Shown: positions 10,309 to 20,789 of the stretch, in pieces
Position numbering within the stretch: position 1 is the stretch's first letter
Layout of the letters: each line of letters opens with the position of its first letter
Source of the DNA: Escherichia coli
Lineage (GTDB): Bacteria; Pseudomonadota; Gammaproteobacteria; Enterobacterales; Enterobacteriaceae
Assembly: GCF_050920415.1 (NCBI RefSeq)
Contig: NZ_CP169309.1
Length of the DNA: 64,000 nt
Direction: 5' to 3' (one strand)
Notes under the pieces: model-generated
Database searches by the model: none
Seen by the model: the letters and a program-made list of their open reading frames with translations, nothing else
Told to the model about the DNA's origin: nothing
Translations under genes and position numbers: made by a program

Positions 10309-11994
10309 ATGTACGATTTTAATCTGGTGTTGCTGCTGCTTCAGCAGATGTGCGTTTTTTTAGTCATTGCGTGGTTAATGAGTAAAACGCCATTATTCAT
10401 ACCGTTAATGCAGGTCACGGTTCGTCTGCCGCATAAATTTCTCTGCTACATCGTCTTTTCCATCTTCTGCATCATGGGCACCTGGTTTGGGCTGCACATT
10501 GACGATTCTATTGCCAATACCCGTGCGATTGGTGCGGTAATGGGCGGCTTACTCGGCGGTCCGGTCGTCGGTGGGCTGGTTGGTCTGACCGGCGGGTTAC
10601 ATCGATATTCGATGGGGGGCATGACCGCGCTAAGTTGCATGATCTCGACCATCGTTGAAGGATTGCTCGGCGGCCTGGTACACAGCATCCTGATCCGTCG
10701 CGGGCGTACTGATAAAGTCTTTAATCCCATTACCGCGGGTGCCGTCACGTTCGTCGCTGAAATGGTGCAAATGCTGATCATCCTGGCGATCGCCCGACCT
10801 TATGAAGATGCGGTGCGTCTGGTGAGTAATATTGCTGCGCCAATGATGGTCACCAATACCGTCGGCGCGGCGCTGTTTATGCGTATATTGCTCGATAAAC
10901 GCGCGATGTTTGAAAAATACACTTCGGCTTTTTCTGCTACTGCGCTGAAAGTGGCTGCCTCGACGGAAGGCATTTTGCGCCAGGGGTTTAACGAAGTGAA
11001 CAGCATGAAAGTGGCACAGGTGCTGTATCAGGAGCTGGATATTGGTGCAGTCGCGATTACCGATCGAGAGAAATTGCTGGCTTTTACCGGAATTGGTGAC
11101 GACCACCATTTACCCGGCAAACCGATTTCTTCGACTTACACCTTAAAAGCGATTGAAACCGGTGAAGTGGTCTACGCCGATGGCAACGAAGTGCCTTACC
11201 GTTGCTCGTTGCATCCGCAATGCAAACTGGGTTCGACGCTGGTGATTCCGTTGCGTGGTGAAAATCAGCGGGTGATGGGCACCATCAAATTGTATGAAGC
11301 CAAAAACCGTTTGTTCAGTTCAATCAATCGCACGCTGGGCGAGGGGATTGCGCAACTGCTTTCGGCGCAGATCCTCGCCGGGCAATATGAGCGGCAAAAA
11401 GCGATGCTCACCCAGTCAGAGATCAAACTGCTTCACGCCCAGGTGAACCCCCATTTTTTGTTTAATGCGCTTAACACCATTAAAGCGGTGATCCGCCGCG
11501 ACAGCGAACAGGCCAGCCAGCTGGTGCAGTATCTTTCCACTTTTTTCCGTAAAAACTTAAAGCGGCCTTCGGAGTTTGTTACTCTCGCCGACGAAATTGA
11601 ACATGTGAATGCTTATCTGCAAATTGAAAAGGCGCGCTTCCAGTCGCGGTTGCAGGTCAACATTGCTATTCCGCAAGAATTATCCCAGCAGCAATTGCCC
11701 GCGTTTACCCTGCAACCGATAGTGGAAAACGCTATTAAACATGGGACATCACAACTGCTCGATACAGGGCGAGTGGAAATCAGCGCCCGACGTGAGGGGC
11801 AACATTTGATGCTGGAGATCGAAGACAATGCCGGTTTGTATCAACCGGTAACCAATGCCAGTGGGCTGGGGATGAATCTGGTGGATAAGCGTTTACGTGA
11901 ACGGTTTGGCGATGACTATGGGATAAGCGTCGCCTGTGAGCCTGATAGTTACACCCGAATAACGTTACGACTACCATGGAGGGACGAGGCATGA
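10309..11994 (+). CDS. btsS: sensor histidine kinase (LytS type, 5TM-GAF-HK)
   Basis: ORF 10294..11994; start at ATG 10309 ([13 protein letters not shown]...), 561 aa; stop overlaps btsR start (ATGA). Confidence 0.9.
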   Translation: MYDFNLVLLLLQQMCVFLVIAWLMSKTPLFIPLMQVTVRLPHKFLCYIVFSIFCIMGTWFGLHIDDSIANTRAIGAVMGGLLGGPVVGGLVGLTGGLHRYSMGGMTALSCMISTIVEGLLGGLVHSILIRRGRTDKVFNPITAGAVTFVAEMVQMLIILAIARPYEDAVRLVSNIAAPMMVTNTVGAALFMRILLDKRAMFEKYTSAFSATALKVAASTEGILRQGFNEVNSMKVAQVLYQELDIGAVAITDREKLLAFTGIGDDHHLPGKPISSTYTLKAIETGEVVYADGNEVPYRCSLHPQCKLGSTLVIPLRGENQRVMGTIKLYEAKNRLFSSINRTLGEGIAQLLSAQILAGQYERQKAMLTQSEIKLLHAQVNPHFLFNALNTIKAVIRRDSEQASQLVQYLSTFFRKNLKRPSEFVTLADEIEHVNAYLQIEKARFQSRLQVNIAIPQELSQQQLPAFTLQPIVENAIKHGTSQLLDTGRVEISARREGQHLMLEIEDNAGLYQPVTNASGLGMNLVDKRLRERFGDDYGISVACEPDSYTRITLRLPWRDEA

Positions 11995-12710
11995 TTAAAG
12001 TCTTAATTGTCGATGATGAGCCGTTAGCACGGGAGAACCTGCGCGTATTTTTGCAGGAGCAGAGCGATATTGAAATCGTTGGTGAGTGTTCAAACGCCGT
12101 AGAAGGGATCGGCGCGGTGCATAAACTGCGCCCGGACGTGCTGTTTCTCGATATCCAGATGCCGCGTATTAGCGGTCTGGAAATGGTGGGGATGCTCGAC
12201 CCGGAACATCGTCCGTATATCGTTTTTCTCACCGCGTTTGACGAATACGCCATTAAAGCCTTTGAAGAACATGCATTTGATTATCTCCTGAAGCCAATTG
12301 ATGAAGCGCGGCTGGAGAAAACGCTGGCGCGTTTGCGTCAGGAGCGCAGCAAGCAGGATGTTTCGCTGTTACCGGAAAATCAACAGGCGCTGAAATTTAT
12401 CCCTTGTACGGGGCATAGTCGGATTTATTTGCTGCAAATGAGAGATGTAGCATTTGTCAGCAGTCGGATGAGCGGTGTCTACGTTACCAGCCACGAAGGG
12501 AAAGAAGGTTTTACCGAACTGACATTACGTACCCTGGAGAGTCGTACACCACTACTACGCTGCCATCGTCAGTATCTGGTTAACCTCGCGCATTTACAGG
12601 AGATTCGTCTGGAAGATAACGGCCAGGCCGAGTTGATTTTACGTAATGGCTTAACTGTTCCGGTCAGCCGCCGCTATCTGAAAAGTTTAAAAGAGGCGAT
12701 TGGCCTGTAA
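11991..12710 (+). CDS. btsR: LytTR-family response regulator
   Basis: ORF 11976..12710; start at ATG 11991 ([16 protein letters not shown]...), 239 aa, receiver domain plus LytTR. Confidence 0.9.
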   Translation: MIKVLIVDDEPLARENLRVFLQEQSDIEIVGECSNAVEGIGAVHKLRPDVLFLDIQMPRISGLEMVGMLDPEHRPYIVFLTAFDEYAIKAFEEHAFDYLLKPIDEARLEKTLARLRQERSKQDVSLLPENQQALKFIPCTGHSRIYLLQMRDVAFVSSRMSGVYVTSHEGKEGFTELTLRTLESRTPLLRCHRQYLVNLAHLQEIRLEDNGQAELILRNGLTVPVSRRYLKSLKEAIGL

Positions 12711-12756
12711 AAGACTGCTAAAATGGTTTTTTGCCTCATCAACACCTGAAGGCCTC

Positions 12757-13227
12757 ATGCTAAGTAACGATATTCTGCGCAGCGTGCGCTACATTTTGAA
12801 AGCCAATAATAACGACCTGGTGCGCATTCTGGCGCTGGGTAATGTCGAAGCCACTGCGGAACAGATCGCCGTCTGGCTACGCAAAGAAGACGAAGAAGGG
12901 TTTCAGCGTTGTCCGGACATTGTTCTGTCTTCATTCCTGAATGGCCTGATTTATGAAAAACGTGGCAAGGATGAGTCAGCTCCGGCACTGGAGCCGGAAC
13001 GTCGCATTAATAACAACATCGTGCTGAAAAAATTACGTATCGCGTTTTCGCTGAAAACTGATGATATTCTGGCGATCCTTACTGAACAGCAGTTCCGCGT
13101 TTCGATGCCGGAAATTACGGCGATGATGCGTGCACCGGATCATAAAAACTTTCGTGAATGCGGCGATCAATTCATGCGTTATTTTCTGCGTGGGCTGGCA
13201 GCGCGCCAGCATGTGAAGAAAAGCTAA
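12757..13227 (+). CDS. yehS: DUF1456-family protein
   Basis: ORF 12700..13227; start at ATG 12757 (MLSNDILRSVRYIL...), 156 aa. Confidence 0.8.
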   Translation: MLSNDILRSVRYILKANNNDLVRILALGNVEATAEQIAVWLRKEDEEGFQRCPDIVLSSFLNGLIYEKRGKDESAPALEPERRINNNIVLKKLRIAFSLKTDDILAILTEQQFRVSMPEITAMMRAPDHKNFRECGDQFMRYFLRGLAARQHVKKS

Positions 13228-13236
13228 GGCGGGTAT

Positions 13237-13263
13237 GGCGGCCATGCGAAGAACATGGCCGCC
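13237..13263. terminator. stem-loop between convergent yehS and yehR
   Basis: 10-bp perfect stem ggcggccatg / catggccgcc with 7-nt loop; no strong U-tract on either side. Confidence 0.45.
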
Positions 13264-13269
13264 GACAGA

Positions 13270-13731
13270 TTATTTCACTTCTTTAAAACCAGCGGCTTTC
13301 ATCACCAGTTCCATTTGCGCCATAGTGATACCTTTTTTGGCATCTTCAGCAGAAACGTTGATACCTGAAATACCCTGCAGGGCTTTAAAATCAACTTTTT
13401 CCATATCGATAGTCACGTTTTCCTGAGCATAGGTATCGGTAAAGGTTAATTTTTCTTCAACGCCAGGGATGTTTTTATATTTGGCACTTAACGGCTCAAG
13501 TGTCTTGGCAGCATCTTCTTTGGTGGTTGCACCAATGGAGGCAAATTGAATTTTGGTTTCAGAAGATTGCTTAAGAACCTTGTCACCTTTGTAGACATAG
13601 GTAATAGCAATTTCAGTACCGTTCAGATTAGCGCTAAATTTCTTCGATTCTTCTTTGTCACCGCAGCCAGCAAGAGAGAAAACCAGAACAGATGCAACAA
13701 CAAGGGAAAACAGCTTATTGAAAGCCTTCAT
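13270..13731 (-). CDS. yehR: lipoprotein (DUF1307)
   Basis: ORF 13270..13743; start at ATG 13731 (MKAFNKLFSLVVASVLVFSLAGC, lipobox LAGC), 153 aa. Confidence 0.85.
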   Translation of the reverse strand: MKAFNKLFSLVVASVLVFSLAGCGDKEESKKFSANLNGTEIAITYVYKGDKVLKQSSETKIQFASIGATTKEDAAKTLEPLSAKYKNIPGVEEKLTFTDTYAQENVTIDMEKVDFKALQGISGINVSAEDAKKGITMAQMELVMKAAGFKEVK

Positions 13732-13862
13732 GTAAAACTCCATTTTATTTAATCAAGGAACTGGTGACCACACCAGGGGCCATATAGGATATGCCTAATA
13801 CCTTGGCGTGAGCAGTCCGGAACTGGAGTAGAACTCTTTGTAAAAAGCACTATTTGTCCTTG

Positions 13863-15854
13863 TTACTCAAGCAAGGTTAATAATTGTTCGCAAAGCAAAA
13901 CGCAGTTATTCATTGCTTCTCCCCGTGCCTCGCCTTCTGTATTACGAAATTGTCCCAACACATGTGCCAGCCGATAAAAACCCATCGCGGTGAGTTCATT
14001 GACCAGCAACTCTGACTGACTAATGGCACTCTGTTCCTGATAGCGCCAGCCATTATGGAGCAGTTGAATAAGCAACGCCTGACAGCGCATCAGTAACTGA
14101 TGAGTGGTAGACGGTACAGGCAGAACGCTGGCAGAAGGTAGCGGTGCCACAGGCGCAGTTTCTGCGTCCAGTGCCCAGGCGCGGGTTTTTGTCATCATCA
14201 CCCGTGGTTCCAGTGTCAATTGCCCCTCAGCAAAATTGATAAACCCAGAAACCAGACTAACGGGATCTTCTGTTTGTTGTAACAGAGCTGCCATGCGTTC
14301 AACAGCAAAGGGCGCACTGGCTGAAGCTGGCAGTGATAACGTCAGCACATTATCTTCACCTTCGCCACTGATTACCTGCGCATCCAGTGTCTGCCGACTG
14401 CTGTCCCAACCGAGTGAAATGCACTCTTCTACTGGCAGAATAAATAAGTTATCGACCTGGTTAAGCGGTCGTATGGCGGCTGGCGGACGTTGGCGTAAAT
14501 ATTCCCGCAAAGCCACAATGCCCGGCTGGCGCAGTGGTGCGCTCAACATTTGCCAGGCATCAGGCGACAGCGGAACAACACTGCTTAAGCGGTTGCGGGT
14601 AGCTAACAGCAACTCGCCATCGGCACTGCGTTTTGCTGCTTGTGAAACAATTTGCCCACCCGCCAGCGCGCCAGCCTGAAAACTAAACAGCCGCCGTTTT
14701 GCCGCTGGAGAGTTATCCTGTTCACTTCTCGGCCAACTGCGCGAAAGATGCAAAATACTGCCGGTGTCGGGATCGGTGAACCAGATGCGTAAACCATACC
14801 GCTCATTATCCTGCCAGCAACGCATACCTAGTGACACCAGCCGCAAATGATCAAGCTTTGCTTCGCCAGCAATGCCTGCGCCAACGACCGTGCGCCACGG
14901 TATGGGCGGTACTTCACCGACACTGTCACGTCGCGCTATCTCTTGTGCACTGTTCAAGCGACTGGTTAACGCCGCAAGCTGGCACAAGCATTTTCCGGCA
15001 TGATAGTGGCTGGCGCGGGCGTGGAAGGCATCAACGCTTGCCCGTAGCTGTCGTAGTGATTCACTTACCCAACGCCAGTTGCAGCGTTCCGCCGCTTGCT
15101 GCGCGCGGCTGAAAGCGGCCTCGTAGTGGATTGACGGTTGGCTGATCCCGCCCAGCCATAATGCCTGACTTAATTGCTGAACATATTGACGACATGCTTT
15201 ACCTTCGTCGCTGGAAAACGGATCGTCAGATGATGTGACGTGTTCACTGTGCATCTGCCAGATCAAATGAGTAAATTCCGCTTGTTGATTTTTGGCCTCG
15301 ACGAAGGCCTGCACAGCCAGTGCTACGTGTTCACACAGCGTTCCTTCAATACAATCACAACGGGCGAAACGAATGCTGCTGCGGGAATAAAAACGCACAT
15401 CGCTCATCGGTAAGCGGGCAGAGGGAATTTCGCCCGGTGTGCAGAACAACTCAATGGTGATGCCTTTAGCGACCAGCGCCTGCGCGCGTTTACGCGTGGT
15501 ATTGGGCAGGGTAGCCAGTTCTTCCTGCCAGATTGCCGGATCCCACTCTTCTTCTTTTTCCGTAGGCTGGGCGGTGGCACAAAGTCGTTGATAACTTAAC
15601 ACCAGCATCACGCGATGACGGCACATGCCGCTGGCCCCGCAGCTACATTGAGCCTCTTTCAGTGCCTGACTGTTCGCCAGCCGGGTACGGACACCGTCAC
15701 TGAAGGTGGCGATTAAAGCGCCGTTCTCATGGCAGATTTCCGGGACATTGCCATTTTCCAGTTCCTTAAGGCTGCGCTTCACAAAACCAGCATTGCTTAA
15801 CGCCGTCAGGGCCTGCGGTGTCAGTTCTAATAATTCCGGACGTAGTGAATTCAT
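13863..15854 (-). CDS. yehQ: SWIM zinc-finger protein, function unknown
   Basis: ORF 13863..15959; start chosen at ATG 15854, which overlaps the yehP stop (ATGA); two CxC...CxH SWIM-like motifs (CSCGASGMCRH and CDCIEGTLCEH); exact start uncertain. Confidence 0.75.
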   Translation of the reverse strand: MNSLRPELLELTPQALTALSNAGFVKRSLKELENGNVPEICHENGALIATFSDGVRTRLANSQALKEAQCSCGASGMCRHRVMLVLSYQRLCATAQPTEKEEEWDPAIWQEELATLPNTTRKRAQALVAKGITIELFCTPGEIPSARLPMSDVRFYSRSSIRFARCDCIEGTLCEHVALAVQAFVEAKNQQAEFTHLIWQMHSEHVTSSDDPFSSDEGKACRQYVQQLSQALWLGGISQPSIHYEAAFSRAQQAAERCNWRWVSESLRQLRASVDAFHARASHYHAGKCLCQLAALTSRLNSAQEIARRDSVGEVPPIPWRTVVGAGIAGEAKLDHLRLVSLGMRCWQDNERYGLRIWFTDPDTGSILHLSRSWPRSEQDNSPAAKRRLFSFQAGALAGGQIVSQAAKRSADGELLLATRNRLSSVVPLSPDAWQMLSAPLRQPGIVALREYLRQRPPAAIRPLNQVDNLFILPVEECISLGWDSSRQTLDAQVISGEGEDNVLTLSLPASASAPFAVERMAALLQQTEDPVSLVSGFINFAEGQLTLEPRVMMTKTRAWALDAETAPVAPLPSASVLPVPSTTHQLLMRCQALLIQLLHNGWRYQEQSAISQSELLVNELTAMGFYRLAHVLGQFRNTEGEARGEAMNNCVLLCEQLLTLLE

Positions 15855-16987
15855 GACTGAAGATTCTCCGCAAGCCAGGTAGCCAGTTCGCCTGGCGTCA
15901 TCGCGGCTATTTGTGCGCCGACATTTACCAGCGCCTGGGCTGTATCGCGGTCGTAGCAAGGTGTTGCGGTGCTATCGAGCGCTGCCAGTCCCAGCACTTT
16001 GATGCCGCTCTGGACACACTTTTTCACCTGATGCGTCAGCAAAGATGATGAACCCCCTTCATAAAAATCGCTCACGAGTATGATGACGCTTTTCGCTGGT
16101 TGTTCAATAAGTTGCCGACCATATTCCACGGCACTGGCGATATTGGTCCCGCCGCCCAATTGTACTTTCATTAATAACTCTACCGGATCGGCAACGTCGG
16201 CAGTGAGATCGACGACGTTAGTGTCAAAAGCGACCAGATGGGTACGAATGCCGGGTAACTGCCATAAACAGGCCGCCATCACCGCTGAGTGGATCACCGA
16301 GTCAACCATCGATCCGCTTTGATCAACCAGTAACACCAGCTGCCATTGTTCGCTATGGCGCTTAATGCGACTGTTAAAGCGGGGGGATTCGATATACAAC
16401 TTGCCGTGTTGCGGGTGCCAGTGTTGCAGGTTGGCGCGCAGAGTACTTTTGAAATCGAAATTACGCGCCAGTGGAATAAATGAGCGGCGACGGCGATCGC
16501 GGACACCAGAAAAAGCCTGACGAACTTCCTTTGCCAGTCGCGCCATAATTTCTTCAACAACCTGGCGCACTATCCGGCGGGCGGCAGCCAGCACTTCGGG
16601 ATTCATCAGATGTTTGGTGTGCAAAACGGCGCGTAACAGGCTTTCAGAGGGCTGCATACGTTCCAGCACGTCGAGATTTGTCACTACATCTTCAATGCCA
16701 TAGCGCAGTACAGCATCGCTTTCCAGCCGCTCAATCACCTGTTGCGGAAACAGCGTGTGAATACTGTTGATCCAATCAGGGGTGGTGAGATTTGAGCCAC
16801 CTAATCCACCGGAGCGTTCACCACGCTGGAGCCGTTCAGGATCGCGCCCGTACAGCCACTCCAGCGCGTGGTCCATCCGCCGGGCGTTGTCATCCAGCCC
16901 ACAAAGCGTCGTTTCTGCCGCTTCGCCAAGAATTAATCGCCAGCGTTGTAGCTCACGAGTGGTCAGAAGATCGTTCAGTTCAGACAT
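15851..16987 (-). CDS. yehP: von Willebrand factor A (VWA) domain protein
   Basis: ORF 15851..17215; start at ATG 16987 (MSELNDLLTTREL...), 378 aa; MIDAS-like DQSGS motif; start overlaps the yehM stop. Confidence 0.85.
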   Translation of the reverse strand: MSELNDLLTTRELQRWRLILGEAAETTLCGLDDNARRMDHALEWLYGRDPERLQRGERSGGLGGSNLTTPDWINSIHTLFPQQVIERLESDAVLRYGIEDVVTNLDVLERMQPSESLLRAVLHTKHLMNPEVLAAARRIVRQVVEEIMARLAKEVRQAFSGVRDRRRRSFIPLARNFDFKSTLRANLQHWHPQHGKLYIESPRFNSRIKRHSEQWQLVLLVDQSGSMVDSVIHSAVMAACLWQLPGIRTHLVAFDTNVVDLTADVADPVELLMKVQLGGGTNIASAVEYGRQLIEQPAKSVIILVSDFYEGGSSSLLTHQVKKCVQSGIKVLGLAALDSTATPCYDRDTAQALVNVGAQIAAMTPGELATWLAENLQS

Positions 16988-19259
16988 GGAAAACTCCCCA
17001 GTGTTGCAGTGATGCCAGTGCCTGCTGTTCGAGCTGTTGATGATGTGCAATGGCTTGCGGTGGGCAATGCAACGGCATTTGCAGCGCCGAAACGGGAAGC
17101 TGAGCGAGCTGGTAATGCTCAAGCACCTGATGCGCCAGCGTCCCGCGTTCTCGTGGCGGTAGCCAGGCCATCGCCGCGCGCAAATCGGGCAGGGCGTTAA
17201 TAAAATCGGCGTCACTCAGTTGATTCAAATGGCTGCTGAAACCGGCGATAAATGCAGGCTGACTGGCCAGTTGATGGCGGGCTAATGCCAGCAAACCGTG
17301 CAGCGCCTCGCCAGATTGTGCCGGGGATAATTGTGCCAGCATCGTCAGCGCCGCTTCGGCACTGGCGTTGGGATGTTCCAGACGCATCAGCGCGCCAAGG
17401 GCCGCACCGCGATCCAGCGCTGGGGCATGAATCGCCTGACTGCGACGTTCCAGTAAGGCTACCGCCGCAGAAAGCGAAACGCCGGGTAAATTAACGCCGC
17501 TATTTAGATCGCGCAGGATATGGCAAAGCGCCTGCCAGCTATGCAGGTGAGCGTGAAACTCCTTCTCATCCGGCCTGCCGTTGGATTCACATAGCCACAG
17601 TGTGCGATCGATAGCCGCGTATAACGTCGTCTGTAATATCTGCGCGCCTTGCATACCGCTGATTTCATCGAGCTGCCACAAGGCGTAAAGCACTTCCAGC
17701 GCCTGGCCCATTTCGGCAAACTGATTTTCCTGGGCGATTAATAATGTGAGTTGTTCCAGTAATTGCTGACTGAAGGACGCCAGACCCGCTAACGCTGCCT
17801 GGCTAAGACATGTGGTGATGCCGCTGATTCCACCCGCGTCCAGCATATCGGCTTCTAATTTATTGCGTGCGGCCTCCTGGAGGGTGGCACCAAAGCAGGC
17901 GGCTTCAATCAATGCCGCATGTTGGCTAAGTGGCTGGGTTAATGTCCAGCGTTCTTCACCGTTGCCCGCCAGCGTCAGTGTACTTCCGTGCTGGCGCACA
18001 ATGCCGGGAATCTCCAGTATTGCCAACCGATGTAGCACCTGACTTTGCGCCAGTCCATCGGGGGGAAAGCGATTTAAGGTAAGCTCCGCCGGAAGAGAGA
18101 TTCCGGTACGTTCCAGTTCGCAGGTGACATCTTTTGGCAGAGGTGGCTGTGGCGTCGAGGGGGCAAGTTTACCGAATCCGTCACCTGCTAATGTGTCTAT
18201 CAACGTTACCAGTATCGGATCGGTATCGGGATGAATAACGCCGCGATAGCTCCACGGCAACGGCGCGTTCAGGGCTTCTTTGATCAGCGAGCCTGCTATA
18301 GCATCCAGCCAGTCAGTGCGTAACGGTAGTGTATGACCGCGCAACTGTGCCAGTGCCATCGCATGCAGATGAGCGGCAGCCATATCCGCTGTTGAAGCAG
18401 GCAAGTGGTGCTGGCGCAAACGGGTAAGAACCGTTTTTAGTAGTTGTTCACCTGCCTGCTGCAAGCCCCACCGCCAGCACCAGTTTTGCCAGACCGGGGC
18501 AGGCATTCCTGAAAGGTATCCTGCCAGCACATCAAGGCGCTTTTCACTGTATGGCGTGAGATAGCAACCTGTAACGGCATCTGCCAGCGAAGGCAATTCT
18601 GGCTTGTTCATTTCTTGCAAACATTCGCGCCACATTTTTGCCAGTGCCGGAGCGTGCCAGCCACCACAGACGACTAACACGCCGCCATTGTTTTGCTGCA
18701 TCGCCCATGCAATCCAGTGGGCCATAAAGGCTTCGCGCTGACGATTGAGCGCATCGCCGGGGTAGTCGCCCCGCAGTTGGGCAAAATAGTGCGCCAGTGC
18801 ATAGGGTAATATAGTTTGCTGGCTTTCATCTTCGAACAGGTGATCCCACAGGGTGTCGCTGTTATCCATACGAGTGGCACGCAGCAACAAAGCCTGGCTT
18901 TCCTCTTGCGTACCGGGTGACTCGTCCTCTTCTTCACTCTGCGCCCAGCAAGGCAAATCAATAAAGTAAGTTTGTGCCTGAATATGACGTGCGGTTTGTA
19001 GCGCCTGCCACTCCGGCGAAAATTCAGCAAATGGCGTCCAGGCGCCACGTCCGGGGGCAGCACCGTCCTGATACTGGCAATAACTGTAAATCGCCACCGG
19101 AAGCTGGTGGGCTAAAAACAGTTCGTCTATCCGGTCATTAAAATCCGCCGGGCCTTCAATCAACACGTATCGCGGCCGCTGGTTTTCGATTAACGATTTC
19201 ACCAGTCGGGCGCAGGCCGGGCTATGATGCCGGATGCCGACAATTAACGGCTCGCTCAT
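16980..19259 (-). CDS. yehM: large uncharacterized protein (YehM family)
   Basis: ORF 16980..19400; start at ATG 19259 (MSEPLIVGIRHH...), 759 aa; 10 nt downstream of the yehL stop. Confidence 0.8.
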   Translation of the reverse strand: MSEPLIVGIRHHSPACARLVKSLIENQRPRYVLIEGPADFNDRIDELFLAHQLPVAIYSYCQYQDGAAPGRGAWTPFAEFSPEWQALQTARHIQAQTYFIDLPCWAQSEEEDESPGTQEESQALLLRATRMDNSDTLWDHLFEDESQQTILPYALAHYFAQLRGDYPGDALNRQREAFMAHWIAWAMQQNNGGVLVVCGGWHAPALAKMWRECLQEMNKPELPSLADAVTGCYLTPYSEKRLDVLAGYLSGMPAPVWQNWCWRWGLQQAGEQLLKTVLTRLRQHHLPASTADMAAAHLHAMALAQLRGHTLPLRTDWLDAIAGSLIKEALNAPLPWSYRGVIHPDTDPILVTLIDTLAGDGFGKLAPSTPQPPLPKDVTCELERTGISLPAELTLNRFPPDGLAQSQVLHRLAILEIPGIVRQHGSTLTLAGNGEERWTLTQPLSQHAALIEAACFGATLQEAARNKLEADMLDAGGISGITTCLSQAALAGLASFSQQLLEQLTLLIAQENQFAEMGQALEVLYALWQLDEISGMQGAQILQTTLYAAIDRTLWLCESNGRPDEKEFHAHLHSWQALCHILRDLNSGVNLPGVSLSAAVALLERRSQAIHAPALDRGAALGALMRLEHPNASAEAALTMLAQLSPAQSGEALHGLLALARHQLASQPAFIAGFSSHLNQLSDADFINALPDLRAAMAWLPPRERGTLAHQVLEHYQLAQLPVSALQMPLHCPPQAIAHHQQLEQQALASLQHWGVFHV

Positions 19260-19269
19260 GCATCTTTCC

Positions 19270-20358
19270 TCACGGCAGGCGGTGGCGAGCTTGATAATAA
19301 GCCTGCCAGTGAGCTTCTTTATGTGTAGCGACACGTTGTTCGAAGTAACGGCGCAGACGTGCGCGATCTTCTTCGTTATCTTTGACGATGGTTCCGGCAA
19401 TACAGTCCACCAGGTCGGCTGGCTCCCCCGCGCGATTCGCTAAAAACCAGGCGCGGACGCCCACAGCGTGGGCCACGTTCACGGCTTCAGCGGTGGACAT
19501 AATCGCTGTCAGTGTATCCATTGACGTTTTCTTTTCGCCGTTGGCACGCAGATCGCGGAAGGTGCGTACCAGTAACTCAAGTACCGCGTCAGGCACTTTA
19601 TGCGGAATACCGCTATGGGCCAACAAACGCGCCGAAGCACTGGCGACCAGTTCCAGCTCCTGAGCAAAATCCATAATCGGAAAGACAGTTTCAAAGTCGA
19701 ATCGGCGTTTTAGTGCCGCGCTCATTTCATTAACGCCGCGATCGCGGGTATTGGCGGTGGCAATAATATTAAAGCCTTCCCGCGCATAGAGCTGACTGGC
19801 TTCACCAGTGAGTTCCGGCACCGTCATAACCCTGTCAGAAAGCATACCTAACAGACAGTCTTGTACTTCCAGTGGTGTACGCGTTATCTCTTCAAAACGG
19901 ACAATTTTGCCGTCGCGCATTCCTTGGTAGAGCGGGGCAGGGACCAGCGCTTCCGTTGACGGACCATGATTAATAAGCAGGGCGTAGTTCCAGCCGTACT
20001 TGATTTGATCTTCGGTGGTAGATGCGCCGCCCTGGATAGTTAACCCAGCATCGCCGCTAATAGCGGTTGCCAGTAATTCAGACAGGAGAGATTTTGCGGT
20101 GCCAGGTTCCCCCACCAACATCAAACCGCGCCCGGTAGCAAGAGTGACTAACATGCGTTCGACAGCGGAGGGACTAATCACGACTTTACGGCTGATATTT
20201 TGCGCGCTATCGCCAAGAATAAAAGAACGGGCCGCAGGCAAACTTAACTGCCAACCGGGCGGGCAAGGTGCGTTATCATTTTGCTTTAATTTTGCCAGTT
20301 CATCGGCGTATAACACAGCGGCAGGCGGACGCTGCAGATGATTATTCTGCGGTGACAT
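19270..20358 (-). CDS. yehL: MoxR-like AAA+ ATPase
   Basis: 362 aa; Walker A GEPGTAKS; first gene of the yehLMPQ operon. Confidence 0.85.
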   Translation of the reverse strand: MSPQNNHLQRPPAAVLYADELAKLKQNDNAPCPPGWQLSLPAARSFILGDSAQNISRKVVISPSAVERMLVTLATGRGLMLVGEPGTAKSLLSELLATAISGDAGLTIQGGASTTEDQIKYGWNYALLINHGPSTEALVPAPLYQGMRDGKIVRFEEITRTPLEVQDCLLGMLSDRVMTVPELTGEASQLYAREGFNIIATANTRDRGVNEMSAALKRRFDFETVFPIMDFAQELELVASASARLLAHSGIPHKVPDAVLELLVRTFRDLRANGEKKTSMDTLTAIMSTAEAVNVAHAVGVRAWFLANRAGEPADLVDCIAGTIVKDNEEDRARLRRYFEQRVATHKEAHWQAYYQARHRLP

Positions 20359-20464
20359 ATATTCATCCCTGAAATGTATTAATCAAATAAACGATATTTT
20401 ACGCGCAATAAATGTTTGGCGCATTAGTTGTTTGAGCGGAAAATATCTGGAAAGCAATCACAGT

Positions 20465-20551
20465 AAATAAAAAAACCTGCTGGTGAGGCAGGTTCTTTTA
20501 TTTACTACTTTCAGGCCTAACACCACGGCCTGTGCAACATCGTGTTCCAAC
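20465..20551 (-). ncRNA. orzO: candidate OrzO-like antitoxin sRNA (type I TA)
   Basis: Minus-strand sigma70-like promoter (TTGCAA-N17-TATAAT, -10 at 20563..20558) and minus-strand intrinsic terminator (stem 20474..20494 followed by a U-run in the RNA); the transcript 5' region is complementary (19 of 20 nt) to the zorO 5' UTR at 20699..20718; ends are predicted, not mapped. Confidence 0.45.
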
Positions 20552-20557
20552 GAACGA

Positions 20558-20608
20558 ATTATAACCATCGGTGGACCCCGTTGCAATTAAGATAATGAGA
20601 TTTATAAT
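20558..20608. promoter_or_regulatory. divergent overlapping sigma70 promoters sharing one palindromic -35 hexamer
   Basis: Plus strand: TTGCAA (20581-20586) N16 TATAAT (20603-20608), predicted TSS near 20615 giving a ~175-nt leader to the zorO ATG; minus strand: the same TTGCAA read in reverse, N17, TATAAT (20563..20558). Confidence 0.5.
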
Positions 20609-20789
20609 CCTGACTGTTGGGACGTTGCGCCGGATCGAACCCATTTCAAGTCCTGGCTACCGGACGGGTGGTGCCGCAGGTAGTGCCCTGATCCGGAGTG
20701 CAACATCGTGGTCCAACATACGTAAACCAGTATCGACAGGCAGTGTAAGGGTAAGATGCTGGTGTTGCGCTCCTTAATAAGGAGAGCGG

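Noticed and set aside
14104-14679. 191-aa ORF on the plus strand
   Set aside because: Antisense within yehQ; Ser/Ala/Arg-rich low-complexity translation.
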